DNA of 55,589 nucleotides, taken from NCBI GenBank assembly GCA_964511435.1, contig CAZEFH010000005.1:1-55589 (forward strand). The letters are read 5' to 3'. This stretch comes from an uncultured Candidatus Saccharibacteria bacterium. GTDB lineage: Bacteria; Patescibacteriota; CPR2; UBA1875; CAIMLA01. This document shows, piece by piece, positions 1-8,518 of this stretch (within the stretch, counting starts at the first letter, position 1; each line of letters begins with the position of its first letter). A program made the translations under genes and the position numbers. The notes beneath the pieces were generated by a model. The model saw nothing but the letters and a program-made list of their open reading frames with translations, was not told the origin of the DNA and ran no database searches.

Positions 1-696
1 CATTATAGTATAGTTGATTAGTAAAATAATCAATATAAGAAACATTATTTCGTTAATCCTCATAATTGAGCCGTAATAAGAAATAAGATAACCAACCCCG
101 AAGTCTAGGCCAAAGAATTCAGCAATCACTAGTGCCACAAGAGCCCTACCCCGAGCCAATTTTATTCCAGTAAATATGCCATTTATTGAACCCGGTAAAT
201 ATACGTACATAACCTCTTTATAAAAACTTAATTTAAACGAATCGACCATCTCCAGTATTTTAATATCTATACTTTTCACACCTTCACTTACGTTGATTAT
301 GATAGGGACTACAGCCATAAGCACAATTAGTGCAACTTTGGTTGAAAAACCAATTCCAAACCAGATTATAAATAACGGAAGTAAAACAACCATAGGAAAA
401 GAGTCTAAGCCGTATAAATAGAACAAAACAATCTTACCGACCTTGCTGTTTATGCCAACAAAAAGGCCTATAACTATCCCAAGAACTATCGATATCAATA
501 GTCCAACAAAAACAGCCATTAGACTTGAGGCAATATAAGTTCTATTTAATGGGCTTGTAAGTATCTCCTGGCTAGCCAAGAGTATCTCTGTTGGTGAACC
601 AAAGAAACGACTATTTGTAAGTCCTAACTGTGCAGCAGCTTCCCAAATAACAAGAGGTACAATGATATAAAGAAGTGAAAGTATCTTATCCTTCAT
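1..696 (-). CDS. ABC transporter permease, NitT/TauT (SsuC-like) family; runs off window edge
   Basis: Hand-translated open frame MKDKILSLLYIIVPLVIWEAAAQLG...GSINGIFTGIKIGSGRALVALVIAEFF; multi-TM; ATGA overlap with upstream ATPase stop. Confidence 0.85.
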   Translation of the reverse strand, partial: MKDKILSLLYIIVPLVIWEAAAQLGLTNSRFFGSPTEILLASQEILTSPLNRTYIASSLMAVFVGLLISIVLGIVIGLFVGINSKVGKIVLFYLYGLDSFPMVVLLPLFIIWFGIGFSTKVALIVLMAVVPIIINVSEGVKSIDIKILEMVDSFKLSFYKEVMYVYLPGSINGIFTGIKLARGRALVALVIAEFFGLDFGVGYLISYYGSIMRINEIMFLILIILLINYTIM

Positions 697-1313
697 CGAG
701 TCCTACCCCCTGCTATCTTGCGCGGATTTACACCGAGGTAAATGATTCTATCGGCCAAAAAAGCAGCCTCTTCTTCATTGTGGGTTACAAATATTGTTGA
801 TAAGTTGTATTTTCTATGGATTTTTTTATAGAAAGACATAACTTTTTGTTTAGTTACTTTATCGAGTGCAGAAAAGGCCTCGTCCAATAACAAAATGTCT
901 GGCTCAGAAAAAATTGCACGTAGTAGATTGACTCGCTGCTGCATGCCCAAAGATAATTTTTTAGGCTTATATTCTTGATATCCGTCCAAGCCAACATCAT
1001 TAAGTATCTCGTCTATATTGAGCAGACTATTTTTATATACTAAATTTATATTACCAATAACATCAAGCCAAGGGACTAGCCTGGGCTCCTGGAATACAGT
1101 TGCTACAGGGTGTTTATTTACTATGCTTCCATCTATGGTCGCTTGAGTATTATCCAAAAGGCCACCAATAACTTTAAGTAATGTTGTTTTACCACAGCCA
1201 CTTGGACCCATAATGGCAAGTACTTCGCCTTTTTTAAGTTCAAAGCTCAGGTTATCAACAACTCGTTTGTCAGTAGCCTTATAAGTAATAGAAAGATTAT
1301 TTACTTTGAGCAT
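693..1313 (-). CDS. ABC transporter ATP-binding protein, NitT/TauT family
   Basis: Walker A GPSGCGKT, signature LSLGMQQR, Walker B LLLDEAF, Q-loop FQEPRL. Confidence 0.93.
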   Translation of the reverse strand: MLKVNNLSITYKATDKRVVDNLSFELKKGEVLAIMGPSGCGKTTLLKVIGGLLDNTQATIDGSIVNKHPVATVFQEPRLVPWLDVIGNINLVYKNSLLNIDEILNDVGLDGYQEYKPKKLSLGMQQRVNLLRAIFSEPDILLLDEAFSALDKVTKQKVMSFYKKIHRKYNLSTIFVTHNEEEAAFLADRIIYLGVNPRKIAGGRTR

Positions 1314-1320
1314 AGCCAGA

Positions 1321-2043
1321 TTATACCACGAGATGCAGTAGGTACTCGACGTTTCCTTTGGCTCCTGTTATGGGAGAAGTGGCCAGACCTGATACCAAGA
1401 AACCCTCATCTGAGGCAAACTTTTTGATCTCTTCTACTATCTCGAGCCTTAAAGTCTCGTCTTTGATGACGCCCTTACCTTTGGAAACCTCTTTCGCACC
1501 AGCTTCAAATTGCGGTTTAATGAGCAAGATAGCCTCAGTGCCTACTGCGGCAATTTCCTTAATTTTAGGAATGATTTTTTTGAGAGAAATAAATGAGACA
1601 TCACAGACGAACATATCAATCTTTTCAGACAGTTCTGTGTCCCTAAAATCTGTCTTTTCCATCACCGTTACCCGAGCATCTTCACGAATCTTCTGGGCTA
1701 GTTGACCGGTACCAACATCAACGGCAAAAACGTGCTTCGCTCCGTGCTGTAGCGCAAAATCACTAAAACCTCCTGTCGAGCTACCGATGTCACAAATGGT
1801 CTTTCCTGTAAAATCGAGCCTAAACTCCTGATAAGCCTTCTCTAGCTTGAGAGCACCGCGAGAAACATACGGGAAAAGCTCTTTGACACAGATATTCGCG
1901 TCCTCTTCTAGCTTATGTCCTGCCTTGTCCACTCGGTGGCCATCAGCATACACTTGCCCAGCCATGATCAGGGCTTGGGCGCGAGCCTTGCTTTCGACAA
2001 GTCCGTTATCAACTAGGATTTGATCTAGGCGCTTCTTCATCAA
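1321..2043 (-). CDS. tlyA: TlyA family rRNA 2'-O-methyltransferase
   Basis: N-terminal S4 domain KRLDQILVD, YVSRGALKL, DIGSSTGGF, LIKPQFE, GAKGNVEY. Confidence 0.95.
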   Translation of the reverse strand: MMKKRLDQILVDNGLVESKARAQALIMAGQVYADGHRVDKAGHKLEEDANICVKELFPYVSRGALKLEKAYQEFRLDFTGKTICDIGSSTGGFSDFALQHGAKHVFAVDVGTGQLAQKIREDARVTVMEKTDFRDTELSEKIDMFVCDVSFISLKKIIPKIKEIAAVGTEAILLIKPQFEAGAKEVSKGKGVIKDETLRLEIVEEIKKFASDEGFLVSGLATSPITGAKGNVEYLLHLVV

Positions 2044-2046
2044 AAA

Positions 2047-2076
2047 AAATAAAACGACCGAGCGGTCGTTTTATTT
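2047..2076 (-). terminator. Intrinsic terminator after efp
   Basis: AAATAAAACGACCG/CGGTCGTTTTATTT inverted repeat followed by T-run on minus strand. Confidence 0.75.
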
Positions 2077-2631
2077 AGCCCTTTCTACATAGCTGCCATC
2101 AACAGTACTGATACGTATCTTGTCGCCCCTTTTAATAAAGAGAGGAACTGTAACATTTAGCCCGGTTTCAATCGTAACTACTTTCGTCGCAGAGCTAGCG
2201 GTGTCACCGCGGAGTCCCTCAGATGCCTCCGTAACTTCAAAATCCATCTTGGGGGCAAGTTCTAGATTAATTGGTCTTCCCTGATAGAACTGAAACTGAT
2301 AAACTTCGCCGTCCTTGAGATAGTTAAGATTGTTCCCTAGGTCATCTTTTGTTAGCTCAAACTGATCATAGCTATCAACGTCCATGAAGTAATAGCTGCC
2401 ATTGTCCTGATAAAGATACTGAACTTTGTGACGCTCAATCTGAACCTCAGCAAATTTCTCGTTACCCGAAAAAGTTTTCTGAACGATTGCACCTGTTAAC
2501 AGATTACGAATCTTCGTTCGCATTACGGCGCCTGAGCGCCCCTGTTTGGAATGTTGATATTCGAGCACTACGTATGGCGCACCTTCAACTTCGAAGGTGG
2601 TCCCAGTTTTAAGATCGGTAATTCCATACAT
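2071..2631 (-). CDS. efp: Elongation factor P
   Basis: KQGRSGA loop, GDTA motif, VPLFIKRGDKIRIST...YVER. Confidence 0.97.
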   Translation of the reverse strand: MYGITDLKTGTTFEVEGAPYVVLEYQHSKQGRSGAVMRTKIRNLLTGAIVQKTFSGNEKFAEVQIERHKVQYLYQDNGSYYFMDVDSYDQFELTKDDLGNNLNYLKDGEVYQFQFYQGRPINLELAPKMDFEVTEASEGLRGDTASSATKVVTIETGLNVTVPLFIKRGDKIRISTVDGSYVERAK

Positions 2632-2649
2632 ATCGTCTTCCCTTTCCCC

Positions 2650-2780
2650 GAAAAATCAATTTGCCCGCAGGCCGACTATCGTCGAAAGCTAGAAATCTAA
2701 GCGAAGGCTGATTTCGTACTGAGTCGAAGGAGTCTGATTTTTCTTGAACTTAACTCTATTTTCTTTCAAGAGAAAATAGA
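2650..2780. repeat. Structured intergenic element, copy A (copy B at 45909-46047)
   Basis: Shared blocks GAAAAATC, CCGACTATC, CTAGAAAT, ATTTCGTAC.GAG, GAAGGAGT, GATTTTTCTTGAACTT, TTTCAAGAGAAAA; compensatory changes in three stems. Confidence 0.85.
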
Positions 2781-2787
2781 AAAAGAA

Positions 2788-3024
2788 TTATCTATTCACA
2801 AATGGCAACAATGCCATAATACGAGCACGCTTAATAGCAGTCGCTAGCGCACGCTGGTGCCTAGGGCAGCAGCCAGTCTTCTTCTTGGTATCGATTTTAC
2901 CAATGCTAGAAGTAAATTTCTGTAGACCCTTGATGTCCTTGTAGTCGATGAAGTCCACACGGGCTTCACAGAAACGGCAAACTTTCTTGCCAAAGTATCC
3001 TGGTTCTTGTTTTTGATATGCCAT
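2788..3024 (-). CDS. rpsR: 30S ribosomal protein S18
   Basis: CRFC, IDYKD, C..HQRALATAIKRARIMALLPF. Confidence 0.97.
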   Translation of the reverse strand: MAYQKQEPGYFGKKVCRFCEARVDFIDYKDIKGLQKFTSSIGKIDTKKKTGCCPRHQRALATAIKRARIMALLPFVNR

Positions 3025-3046
3025 AGTTATTTTCTCCTAATTCTAC

Positions 3047-3502
3047 TTAAAATGGGATGTCATCAATATTGATTTCATCGTCTGCTGGCACCTGAGACTC
3101 AGCGGCTGGCGCTGGCTTATCTACGCCAGTGCTTCCACCGAAATCACCTGCTGGAGCTCCAGATCCAGAGCCCTTACCACCAACAAGTGAAATGTCGTTG
3201 GCAATCACTTCTGTCTTATTGCGCTTTGTGCCGTCAGTACCTTCCCAACTGCGATTCTGTAACCGTCCTACAACGTGTACTCCCTGGCCCTTACCGCCAT
3301 ACTGGCTAATGATTTCAGCCAGCTTTCCCCAAGCCACAATGTCAAAAAAGTCTACTTCCTGACGTTTTTCGCCAGTTGAATCAGTAAAGTTGCGATTGAC
3401 GGCAACTCCGAAACTGGCAACTGCCTTGCCGTTTGGGGTGTAGCGAAGCTCAGCTTCGCGAGTCATATTACCCATGAGGATTACCATGTTTACACTTTTC
3501 AT
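3047..3502 (-). CDS. ssb: Single-stranded DNA-binding protein
   Basis: VNMVILMGNMTREAELRYTPNG, OB fold, acidic C-terminal tip DDIPF. Confidence 0.97.
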   Translation of the reverse strand: MKSVNMVILMGNMTREAELRYTPNGKAVASFGVAVNRNFTDSTGEKRQEVDFFDIVAWGKLAEIISQYGGKGQGVHVVGRLQNRSWEGTDGTKRNKTEVIANDISLVGGKGSGSGAPAGDFGGSTGVDKPAPAAESQVPADDEINIDDIPF

Positions 3503-3549
3503 AATGTTCTCCGTTTGCTCATCAGCTCGTCATTGAGCCGGTGGGTAAA

Positions 3550-4176
3550 TTATTTCAGTAGTTCGTCTAGTTTCTCGTCAAGCTTCTTAAGACGCTCTTC
3601 CTCAGCCTTCTTGTCTGTCTTAGCTTCAGCGACGGTGGTTTCGTCAGTCTTTTCGGGCTTCTCTGTTACTTTCTTAGCAGTCTTCTTGACGGGTTTCTTT
3701 TCTTCCTTAACCTCTTCGGCCACAACTTCTTCAACTACTTCCTCAGTTTTTTCAGCTTTCTTGGTAGTCTTTTTGGCTGGCTTCTCGGACTTTTCTTCAC
3801 TCACGATGATATTTGCAAGTTCTTCTTTCTTGGCTTCGACTTCTTCTCTCTTTAGGCGTGGCTTTTTCTTGGCAGCCTTTACCTCTGAAATCTCTGGGAT
3901 AGCGACTATCATTGAACGCATAATCTCTTCTGAAAGACGTAAGTCACGCTCAACTTTGGCGAGCTCGACTGACTCGAGCGAGAAGTTTGTGAGCTCATAG
4001 ACACCGAAGTCATTCTTGGAGATTTTGTAAGCAAGCTTACGTTTCCCGAGGTCCTCGTGGCTAGTTACCTTACCACCAGCACGCTCAATAAAACCGTTTA
4101 CTTTCTCAACGATTTTTTCGGTTGAACCCTCAAGGTCCGGATGGACGATGTAGAGTAATTCGTAGTTTTTTAGCAT
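3550..4176 (-). CDS. rpsF: 30S ribosomal protein S6 with long Lys/Glu-rich C-terminal extension (start re-assigned to ATG 4176)
   Basis: YELLYIVHPDL, LGKRKLAYKI, IMRSMIV; SD AAAGGAG before ATG 4176; sits in rpsF-ssb-rpsR operon. Confidence 0.93.
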   Translation of the reverse strand: MLKNYELLYIVHPDLEGSTEKIVEKVNGFIERAGGKVTSHEDLGKRKLAYKISKNDFGVYELTNFSLESVELAKVERDLRLSEEIMRSMIVAIPEISEVKAAKKKPRLKREEVEAKKEELANIIVSEEKSEKPAKKTTKKAEKTEEVVEEVVAEEVKEEKKPVKKTAKKVTEKPEKTDETTVAEAKTDKKAEEERLKKLDEKLDELLK

Positions 4177-4270
4177 ATAAAAAACTCCTTTCTCACGGAT
4201 CGCTTCTTCAGCGAGTCCTAGATTTTTCACTAGGACGATATGGAGATTAGTATCCGTATTTATTATTTTC
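4177..4270 (-). promoter_or_regulatory. Structured rpsF 5' leader, candidate S6:S18 autoregulatory element
   Basis: Three stems (4195-4200/4252-4257; 4215-4221/4230-4236; 4201-4204/4210-4213) abutting the SD. Confidence 0.45.
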
Positions 4271-4277
4271 TGCGGTA

Positions 4278-4306
4278 ATTATAGCGTAATATATCGAAAA
4301 TGTCAA
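4278..4306 (-). promoter_or_regulatory. Sigma70 promoter of rpsF operon
   Basis: TTGACA-N17-TATAAT perfect consensus on minus strand. Confidence 0.85.
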
Positions 4307-4353
4307 TAAATTATTATTTAATAATATGCTATAGCATTCTATTAAGAAGTATA

Positions 4354-4884
4354 TTAATCAATAGCGTCAGCAAGCTTCCCCTTTACGGACTCGCTCGCTT
4401 TAATGAAGGTATCTTCGACGGTAATCTTATCTTTCTCAATCGAAATAATTTGCCCAAACCCAATGGCAAGCTCTTTAAAATTACCTGATAGTAGCGGTGG
4501 ATTTACATATATTTTATCAATTGTCAGGGCCTTCATATTTAGAGTATAGTCGCGGCACTTACCGAGATACTGGCCTGAAACAGTGTAAACTTTATTTCCC
4601 GAAATACGAGCTTCCTTCTCAAGAACTTGTTTGATACGGACTATTTCATCAAGTTCGCCAAGCGACTCATATGATGCTATCAAGTAGAAATCAGAAGTGA
4701 TACCCAAAAGATCCTTCTCTGGAAGTGCTTTCAGATTCTTTTTCCCGAATCCTTCACGAACAAGAATTCCGACTAACTTGCCAGTATCAGGATCAATAAC
4801 CATATTTTCCATCACACCAACGAGGGCCTTCTCTTTCTTGAGCAAGACCGGCTTGAGGCGTAACTCTGAAGCAAACTTTATCAT
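4354..4884 (-). CDS. PRC-barrel domain protein
   Basis: Two repeats of G.v.dmviDp.tGkl / V.tvsGqyLGk..Dy pattern. Confidence 0.75.
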   Translation of the reverse strand: MIKFASELRLKPVLLKKEKALVGVMENMVIDPDTGKLVGILVREGFGKKNLKALPEKDLLGITSDFYLIASYESLGELDEIVRIKQVLEKEARISGNKVYTVSGQYLGKCRDYTLNMKALTIDKIYVNPPLLSGNFKELAIGFGQIISIEKDKITVEDTFIKASESVKGKLADAID

Positions 4885-5009
4885 AGATACATTATAGCAA
4901 AGACGAACTGGTCCCGAACCCCCGTAGGGGCCGGGACCTGCCTAGGCCCTGGGTGTTTAGCCCCGAGTTTTGGACTTCGTGGGGGTCTAGCCCACGCGAT
5001 TTTGGCCAA
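4881..5009 (-). CDS. Putative 42-aa small ORF (TTG start), GC-rich island 1
   Basis: SD GGAGGTGAT 7 nt upstream; MAKIAWARPPRSPKLGAKHPG...; runs through a hairpin, so weak. Confidence 0.3.
   Translation of the reverse strand: MAKIAWARPPRSPKLGAKHPGPRQVPAPTGVRDQFVFAIMYL
4910..4938 (-). terminator. GC-rich hairpin at 3' end of island 1
   Basis: GGTCCCG-aa-CCCC-cgta-GGGG-c-CGGGACC; no long U tract. Confidence 0.5.
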
Positions 5010-5028
5010 AAGCCGGATCACCTCCGAG

Positions 5029-5064
5029 TCAGAGACCGTTCTCGTGCTCTTGCCAGAGACTCAC
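5029..5064 (-). CDS. Putative 11-aa micro-ORF MSLWQEHENGL (GTG start)
   Basis: SD GGAGGG 6 nt upstream, just after previous stop. Confidence 0.25.
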   Translation of the reverse strand: MSLWQEHENGL

Positions 5065-5082
5065 TTCGGTCCCTCCCCTCGG

Positions 5083-5181
5083 CTAGTCGCCGATGTCAGT
5101 GCAACCGCTGTCCCTCTCCGACGGAGGGGTAGGCTGCGGCATTCCTGGGGGAATACCCCAGCCAGGCCTCTTCGAAGGCAT
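5083..5181 (-). CDS. Putative 32-aa Pro-rich small protein
   Basis: SD GGGAGGTGA overlaps stop of upstream ORF; MPSKRPGWGIPPGMPQPTPPSERDSGCTDIGD. Confidence 0.45.
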   Translation of the reverse strand: MPSKRPGWGIPPGMPQPTPPSERDSGCTDIGD

Positions 5182-5185
5182 CGCG

Positions 5186-5362
5186 TCACCTCCCGAACTT
5201 GCCGTTCTCAGCGGTGACCGTATAGCCACCTTGCGGATGACGAGTGAAGCCGTAGCTTGCCTTGCCGTTACCTTCAGACGGCTCGTGATGGTCCTGGCGA
5301 CGCCCAGTGGCGTCACGGGCCAGTCTCATCGACTGACCATTTTGCACAGTACGACTCTGCAT
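5186..5362 (-). CDS. Putative 58-aa small protein
   Basis: SD GAGGGG directly after stop of 104-aa ORF; MQSRTVQNGQSMRLARDATG...GYTVTAENGKFGR. Confidence 0.5.
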   Translation of the reverse strand: MQSRTVQNGQSMRLARDATGRRQDHHEPSEGNGKASYGFTRHPQGGYTVTAENGKFGR

Positions 5363-5372
5363 ACGTCCCCTC

Positions 5373-5687
5373 TCATCCGACGGCCATTCGCAAACGGAAG
5401 TCCGGTGTGATGATCAGCAGCCCATGTGGAAGCAGGTAACAACGCTTCTCGCTCTGATGAGCTGCTATGACAACCACACTGTGACCCCTCAGACTCACGG
5501 GAAGCTTTTTCATCTCCTTGTGGTCAAGATGGAACTTGTCCGGACCACACATCTCAGCAGTGACGCTTGTGATCCTTCGGGGACAACCAATCAGTTTGAC
5601 CTGATATGACTCCTCCCACAGCTTGGGATCAGCCCGTCGGGTCAGATTCATCCGATACAACAGTGACAGTTGCAGGCGAACTAGCAC
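5373..5687 (-). CDS. Hypothetical protein, 104 aa, first gene of GC-rich island 1
   Basis: GTG start with SD GGGAGGTG at 7 nt; AT-rich promoter-like region upstream. Confidence 0.6.
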   Translation of the reverse strand: MLVRLQLSLLYRMNLTRRADPKLWEESYQVKLIGCPRRITSVTAEMCGPDKFHLDHKEMKKLPVSLRGHSVVVIAAHQSEKRCYLLPHGLLIITPDFRLRMAVG

Positions 5688-5770
5688 GATGGACCACCTC
5701 CCAGGTACTCGTCAATGACATCACTTATAGTTTATAATCATTTCATAGATAAAGTCTAGAAAAGGAAATT

Positions 5771-7117
5771 ATGAATCCAGAAATTTTCAAAGCGTATGAC
5801 ATTCGAGGAATATATCCAACTGAGCTAAATGCAGAGGACGCAAAAAATATTGCTATGGCCTATGCCAGTTGGCTAAAACCAAAGAAAGTAGCCCTTGGTC
5901 GTGATGTCCGACTTTCTGGACCAGAACTTTGGCAGGCTGCGGCGGACGGACTTACTGAAATGGGTGTTGACGTTGTCGATATCGGCGTTATCAGTACAGA
6001 TATGCTATATTTTTCTGTCTCAAACTACGGATTTGACGGAGGGATTACACTATCTGCTTCACACAACGCCAAAGAGTACAATGGAATGAAGATGGTGCGG
6101 GAAGAAGCTCGTCCTATTTCAATTGATTCTGGTATAGCAGAAATCCGTGACCTTGCAATGCAGGGTGAATTTACGCCAGCCGAGGCTAAGGGCTCTATCA
6201 CAAAACTAGAAATTCTTGCTGATTACATTTCCAAGATGACATCATTTGTTAAGACAAATAAAATCAAGCCACTAAAAGTACTCGCAAACCCAAATTTTGG
6301 GGCCGCTGGTGCTGCTATTGAGAAATTAGCCGAAATATACAGTACAGAACTAACTAAACTAAACTTTGAACCTGATGGTAATTTTCCCAAGGGCAAGCCA
6401 GACCCGATGCAAGCCGCCGTTCGTGCCGAGACTGAAGAAATAGCAAAAAGCGGACACTTTGATTTCACCGCAATCTGGGATGCTGACGCAGACAGATGTT
6501 TCTTTTTCGATGAAAAGGGCAATTTTATACTGCCTTACTATATAACTGGTCTAATGATGGATTACTTTCTTGAGCAATACCCAAAAGTCACATTTGTAAT
6601 TGATCCACGTCTTGTCTGGATGCCTGAAAAAATTGCCTCCGAAAACACTGCACAAATCGCCATCAACAAATCTGGTCATTCATTTATAAAAGAGCGTATG
6701 CGTGATGAAGACGCGATATTCGGAGCCGAAACATCAGCGCATTACTACTTCAGAGACCTATGGTACACAGATAATGGGATGGTACCTTTCGTGATTATGC
6801 TTGAACTCGTATCGCAAAGTGATGTACCACTATCCGAGATGGTTAAAAAATATCAGAACATGTCATATGCGATAGAGGAAACCAACTTTATAGTTGAGAG
6901 TGTTCCTGACACTATTGAAAAAGTGAAGGCCGCCTTCCCAGGCGGAACAGAAAGCAATATTGACGGTATCTCAATCGAGTTTTCCAACTGGAGAATGAAT
7001 CTTCGTGGTTCCAATACTGAACCTGTGATAAGATTAAACATAGAAGCAAAAACGAAGGAACTGGCGGAAATAAAGCTCGCCGAACTCACGGAGGTAATAG
7101 GTGGGACTAAGGCATAA
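5771..7117 (+). CDS. manB: Phosphomannomutase/phosphoglucomutase
   Basis: IFKAYDIRG, catalytic SASHN, metal loop DADADR, GAETSAH, RGSNTEP. Confidence 0.95.
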   Translation: MNPEIFKAYDIRGIYPTELNAEDAKNIAMAYASWLKPKKVALGRDVRLSGPELWQAAADGLTEMGVDVVDIGVISTDMLYFSVSNYGFDGGITLSASHNAKEYNGMKMVREEARPISIDSGIAEIRDLAMQGEFTPAEAKGSITKLEILADYISKMTSFVKTNKIKPLKVLANPNFGAAGAAIEKLAEIYSTELTKLNFEPDGNFPKGKPDPMQAAVRAETEEIAKSGHFDFTAIWDADADRCFFFDEKGNFILPYYITGLMMDYFLEQYPKVTFVIDPRLVWMPEKIASENTAQIAINKSGHSFIKERMRDEDAIFGAETSAHYYFRDLWYTDNGMVPFVIMLELVSQSDVPLSEMVKKYQNMSYAIEETNFIVESVPDTIEKVKAAFPGGTESNIDGISIEFSNWRMNLRGSNTEPVIRLNIEAKTKELAEIKLAELTEVIGGTKA

Positions 7118-7472
7118 AAAAGACAAACCTGAACGTTACGACGAGGGACTGATTCGCGGTCGCAGAGCCCTCTTTATCGGTATTTTCCCGGTTTTAATCT
7201 TCCTAGGTACTATGGCTTTCGGTGCTTGGATTATTGTTGACTACTATAATAAGATTAGCGTCAACGAGGATGGTAGTGACGTCTGTAGGCTAGTACGCAA
7301 ACACTACCCCACATCCATCAAAGCCACTTATCCCTGTGACATCACTGACAAAGGTGATTTCTACTACGTGATTTTTAATCAAAATACAGGCGCTATGGGA
7401 GCTCCAGTCTATCTCAGCTTCAAAGTAATGAAGAAAGATAACAGTATTTCCCCAGCTTACGATATAAACTAA
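7101..7472 (+). CDS. Hypothetical membrane-anchored protein
   Basis: One hydrophobic helix (ALFIGIFPVLIFLGTMAFGAWIIV) then small domain with two Cys; start uncertain. Confidence 0.7.
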   Translation: MGLRHKKDKPERYDEGLIRGRRALFIGIFPVLIFLGTMAFGAWIIVDYYNKISVNEDGSDVCRLVRKHYPTSIKATYPCDITDKGDFYYVIFNQNTGAMGAPVYLSFKVMKKDNSISPAYDIN

Positions 7473-7481
7473 GGAATAATT

Positions 7482-8471
7482 ATGGCAAAAAAGCGTGTTT
7501 TTTCAGGAATTCAGCCTAGCGGCAATCTACATATCGGCAACTATCTTGGTGCCATCCATCAATGGGTGAAACTACAGGATGAACGTGAGAATATCTTCTG
7601 CATCGTGGACGAACATGCCATCACCGTACCACAAGACCCAGCCGATCTGCGTCGTCGCATTATCGAGCTCGCGAAAATTTATATCGCTGCTGGAATTAAC
7701 CCCGATAAGTCTGCCATCTTTGTCCAGTCATCTCGCCCAGAACACACCGAGCTTGGCTGGATTCTCAATAATTTCACCTACTTTGGCGAGCTATCTCGGA
7801 TGACACAGTTCAAGGACAAGGCGAAAAATGGTGGCGAAAATGTCTCCGTCGGTCTCTTCGATTACCCAGTACTGATGGCAGCTGATATTTTGCTTTACAA
7901 CACAGATGAAGTCCCTGTTGGCGACGATCAGAAACAACACGTCGAGATTTGTCGTGATATCGCAGAGCGTGTAAACAAACGTTATGACAAGAAGATTTTA
8001 CCTATTCCTGAGTTCACAACCAATAAAGAGGCGACCAGAATTATGAGTCTGACTGACCCTATCGCGAAGATGAGTAAATCGGACGAGAATCCGAAAAGCC
8101 GTATCGAAATTCTAGACACGCCAGATGACATTCGCAAAAAGTTCGCTAGTGCCGTCACCGACAGCGGTAACGAGATCAAGTTTGATATTGCTAACAAGCC
8201 AGGTATTTCCAACTTGCTCAACATTCTTTCTGCTTGTGGCGGTAAGTCGATTGCCGCGCTCGAGAAAGAATACCAACAAACTAGCTATGGTGATTTTAAG
8301 AAAGAAGTGGCAGAAGCCGTTATTGAACTGCTTGCACCATTTCAGGACAAATACGCCGAACTTTCAGACGAATATGTCGTCGAAGTCCTCCGCGATGGAG
8401 CAGAACGCGTAAAGCCGATGGCTCAAGAAACCTTGAAACGAGTAAAAGAAACTATCGGTCTCGGAATCTAA
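7482..8471 (+). CDS. trpS: Tryptophan--tRNA ligase
   Basis: SGIQPSGNLHIGNY, YPVLMAADILLY, VPVGDDQKQH, KMSKS. Confidence 0.98.
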   Translation: MAKKRVFSGIQPSGNLHIGNYLGAIHQWVKLQDERENIFCIVDEHAITVPQDPADLRRRIIELAKIYIAAGINPDKSAIFVQSSRPEHTELGWILNNFTYFGELSRMTQFKDKAKNGGENVSVGLFDYPVLMAADILLYNTDEVPVGDDQKQHVEICRDIAERVNKRYDKKILPIPEFTTNKEATRIMSLTDPIAKMSKSDENPKSRIEILDTPDDIRKKFASAVTDSGNEIKFDIANKPGISNLLNILSACGGKSIAALEKEYQQTSYGDFKKEVAEAVIELLAPFQDKYAELSDEYVVEVLRDGAERVKPMAQETLKRVKETIGLGI

Positions 8472-8483
8472 TATATAAACGGC

Positions 8484-8518
8484 GAAGGCCGGCTGCGCGA
8501 TTGCGCTAGCCGGCCTTC
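8484..8518. terminator. Bidirectional hairpin between trpS and convergent ORF
   Basis: GAAGGCCGGCT-GCGC-gatt-GCGC-t-AGCCGGCCTTC. Confidence 0.7.

Noticed and set aside
4900-5715. Island 1 as a known large ncRNA (OLE, GOLLD, ROOL, RNase P, tmRNA, intron)
   Set aside because: No recognisable consensus motifs; regular SD-start-stop punctuation is better explained by small ORFs. Not formally excluded without Infernal.
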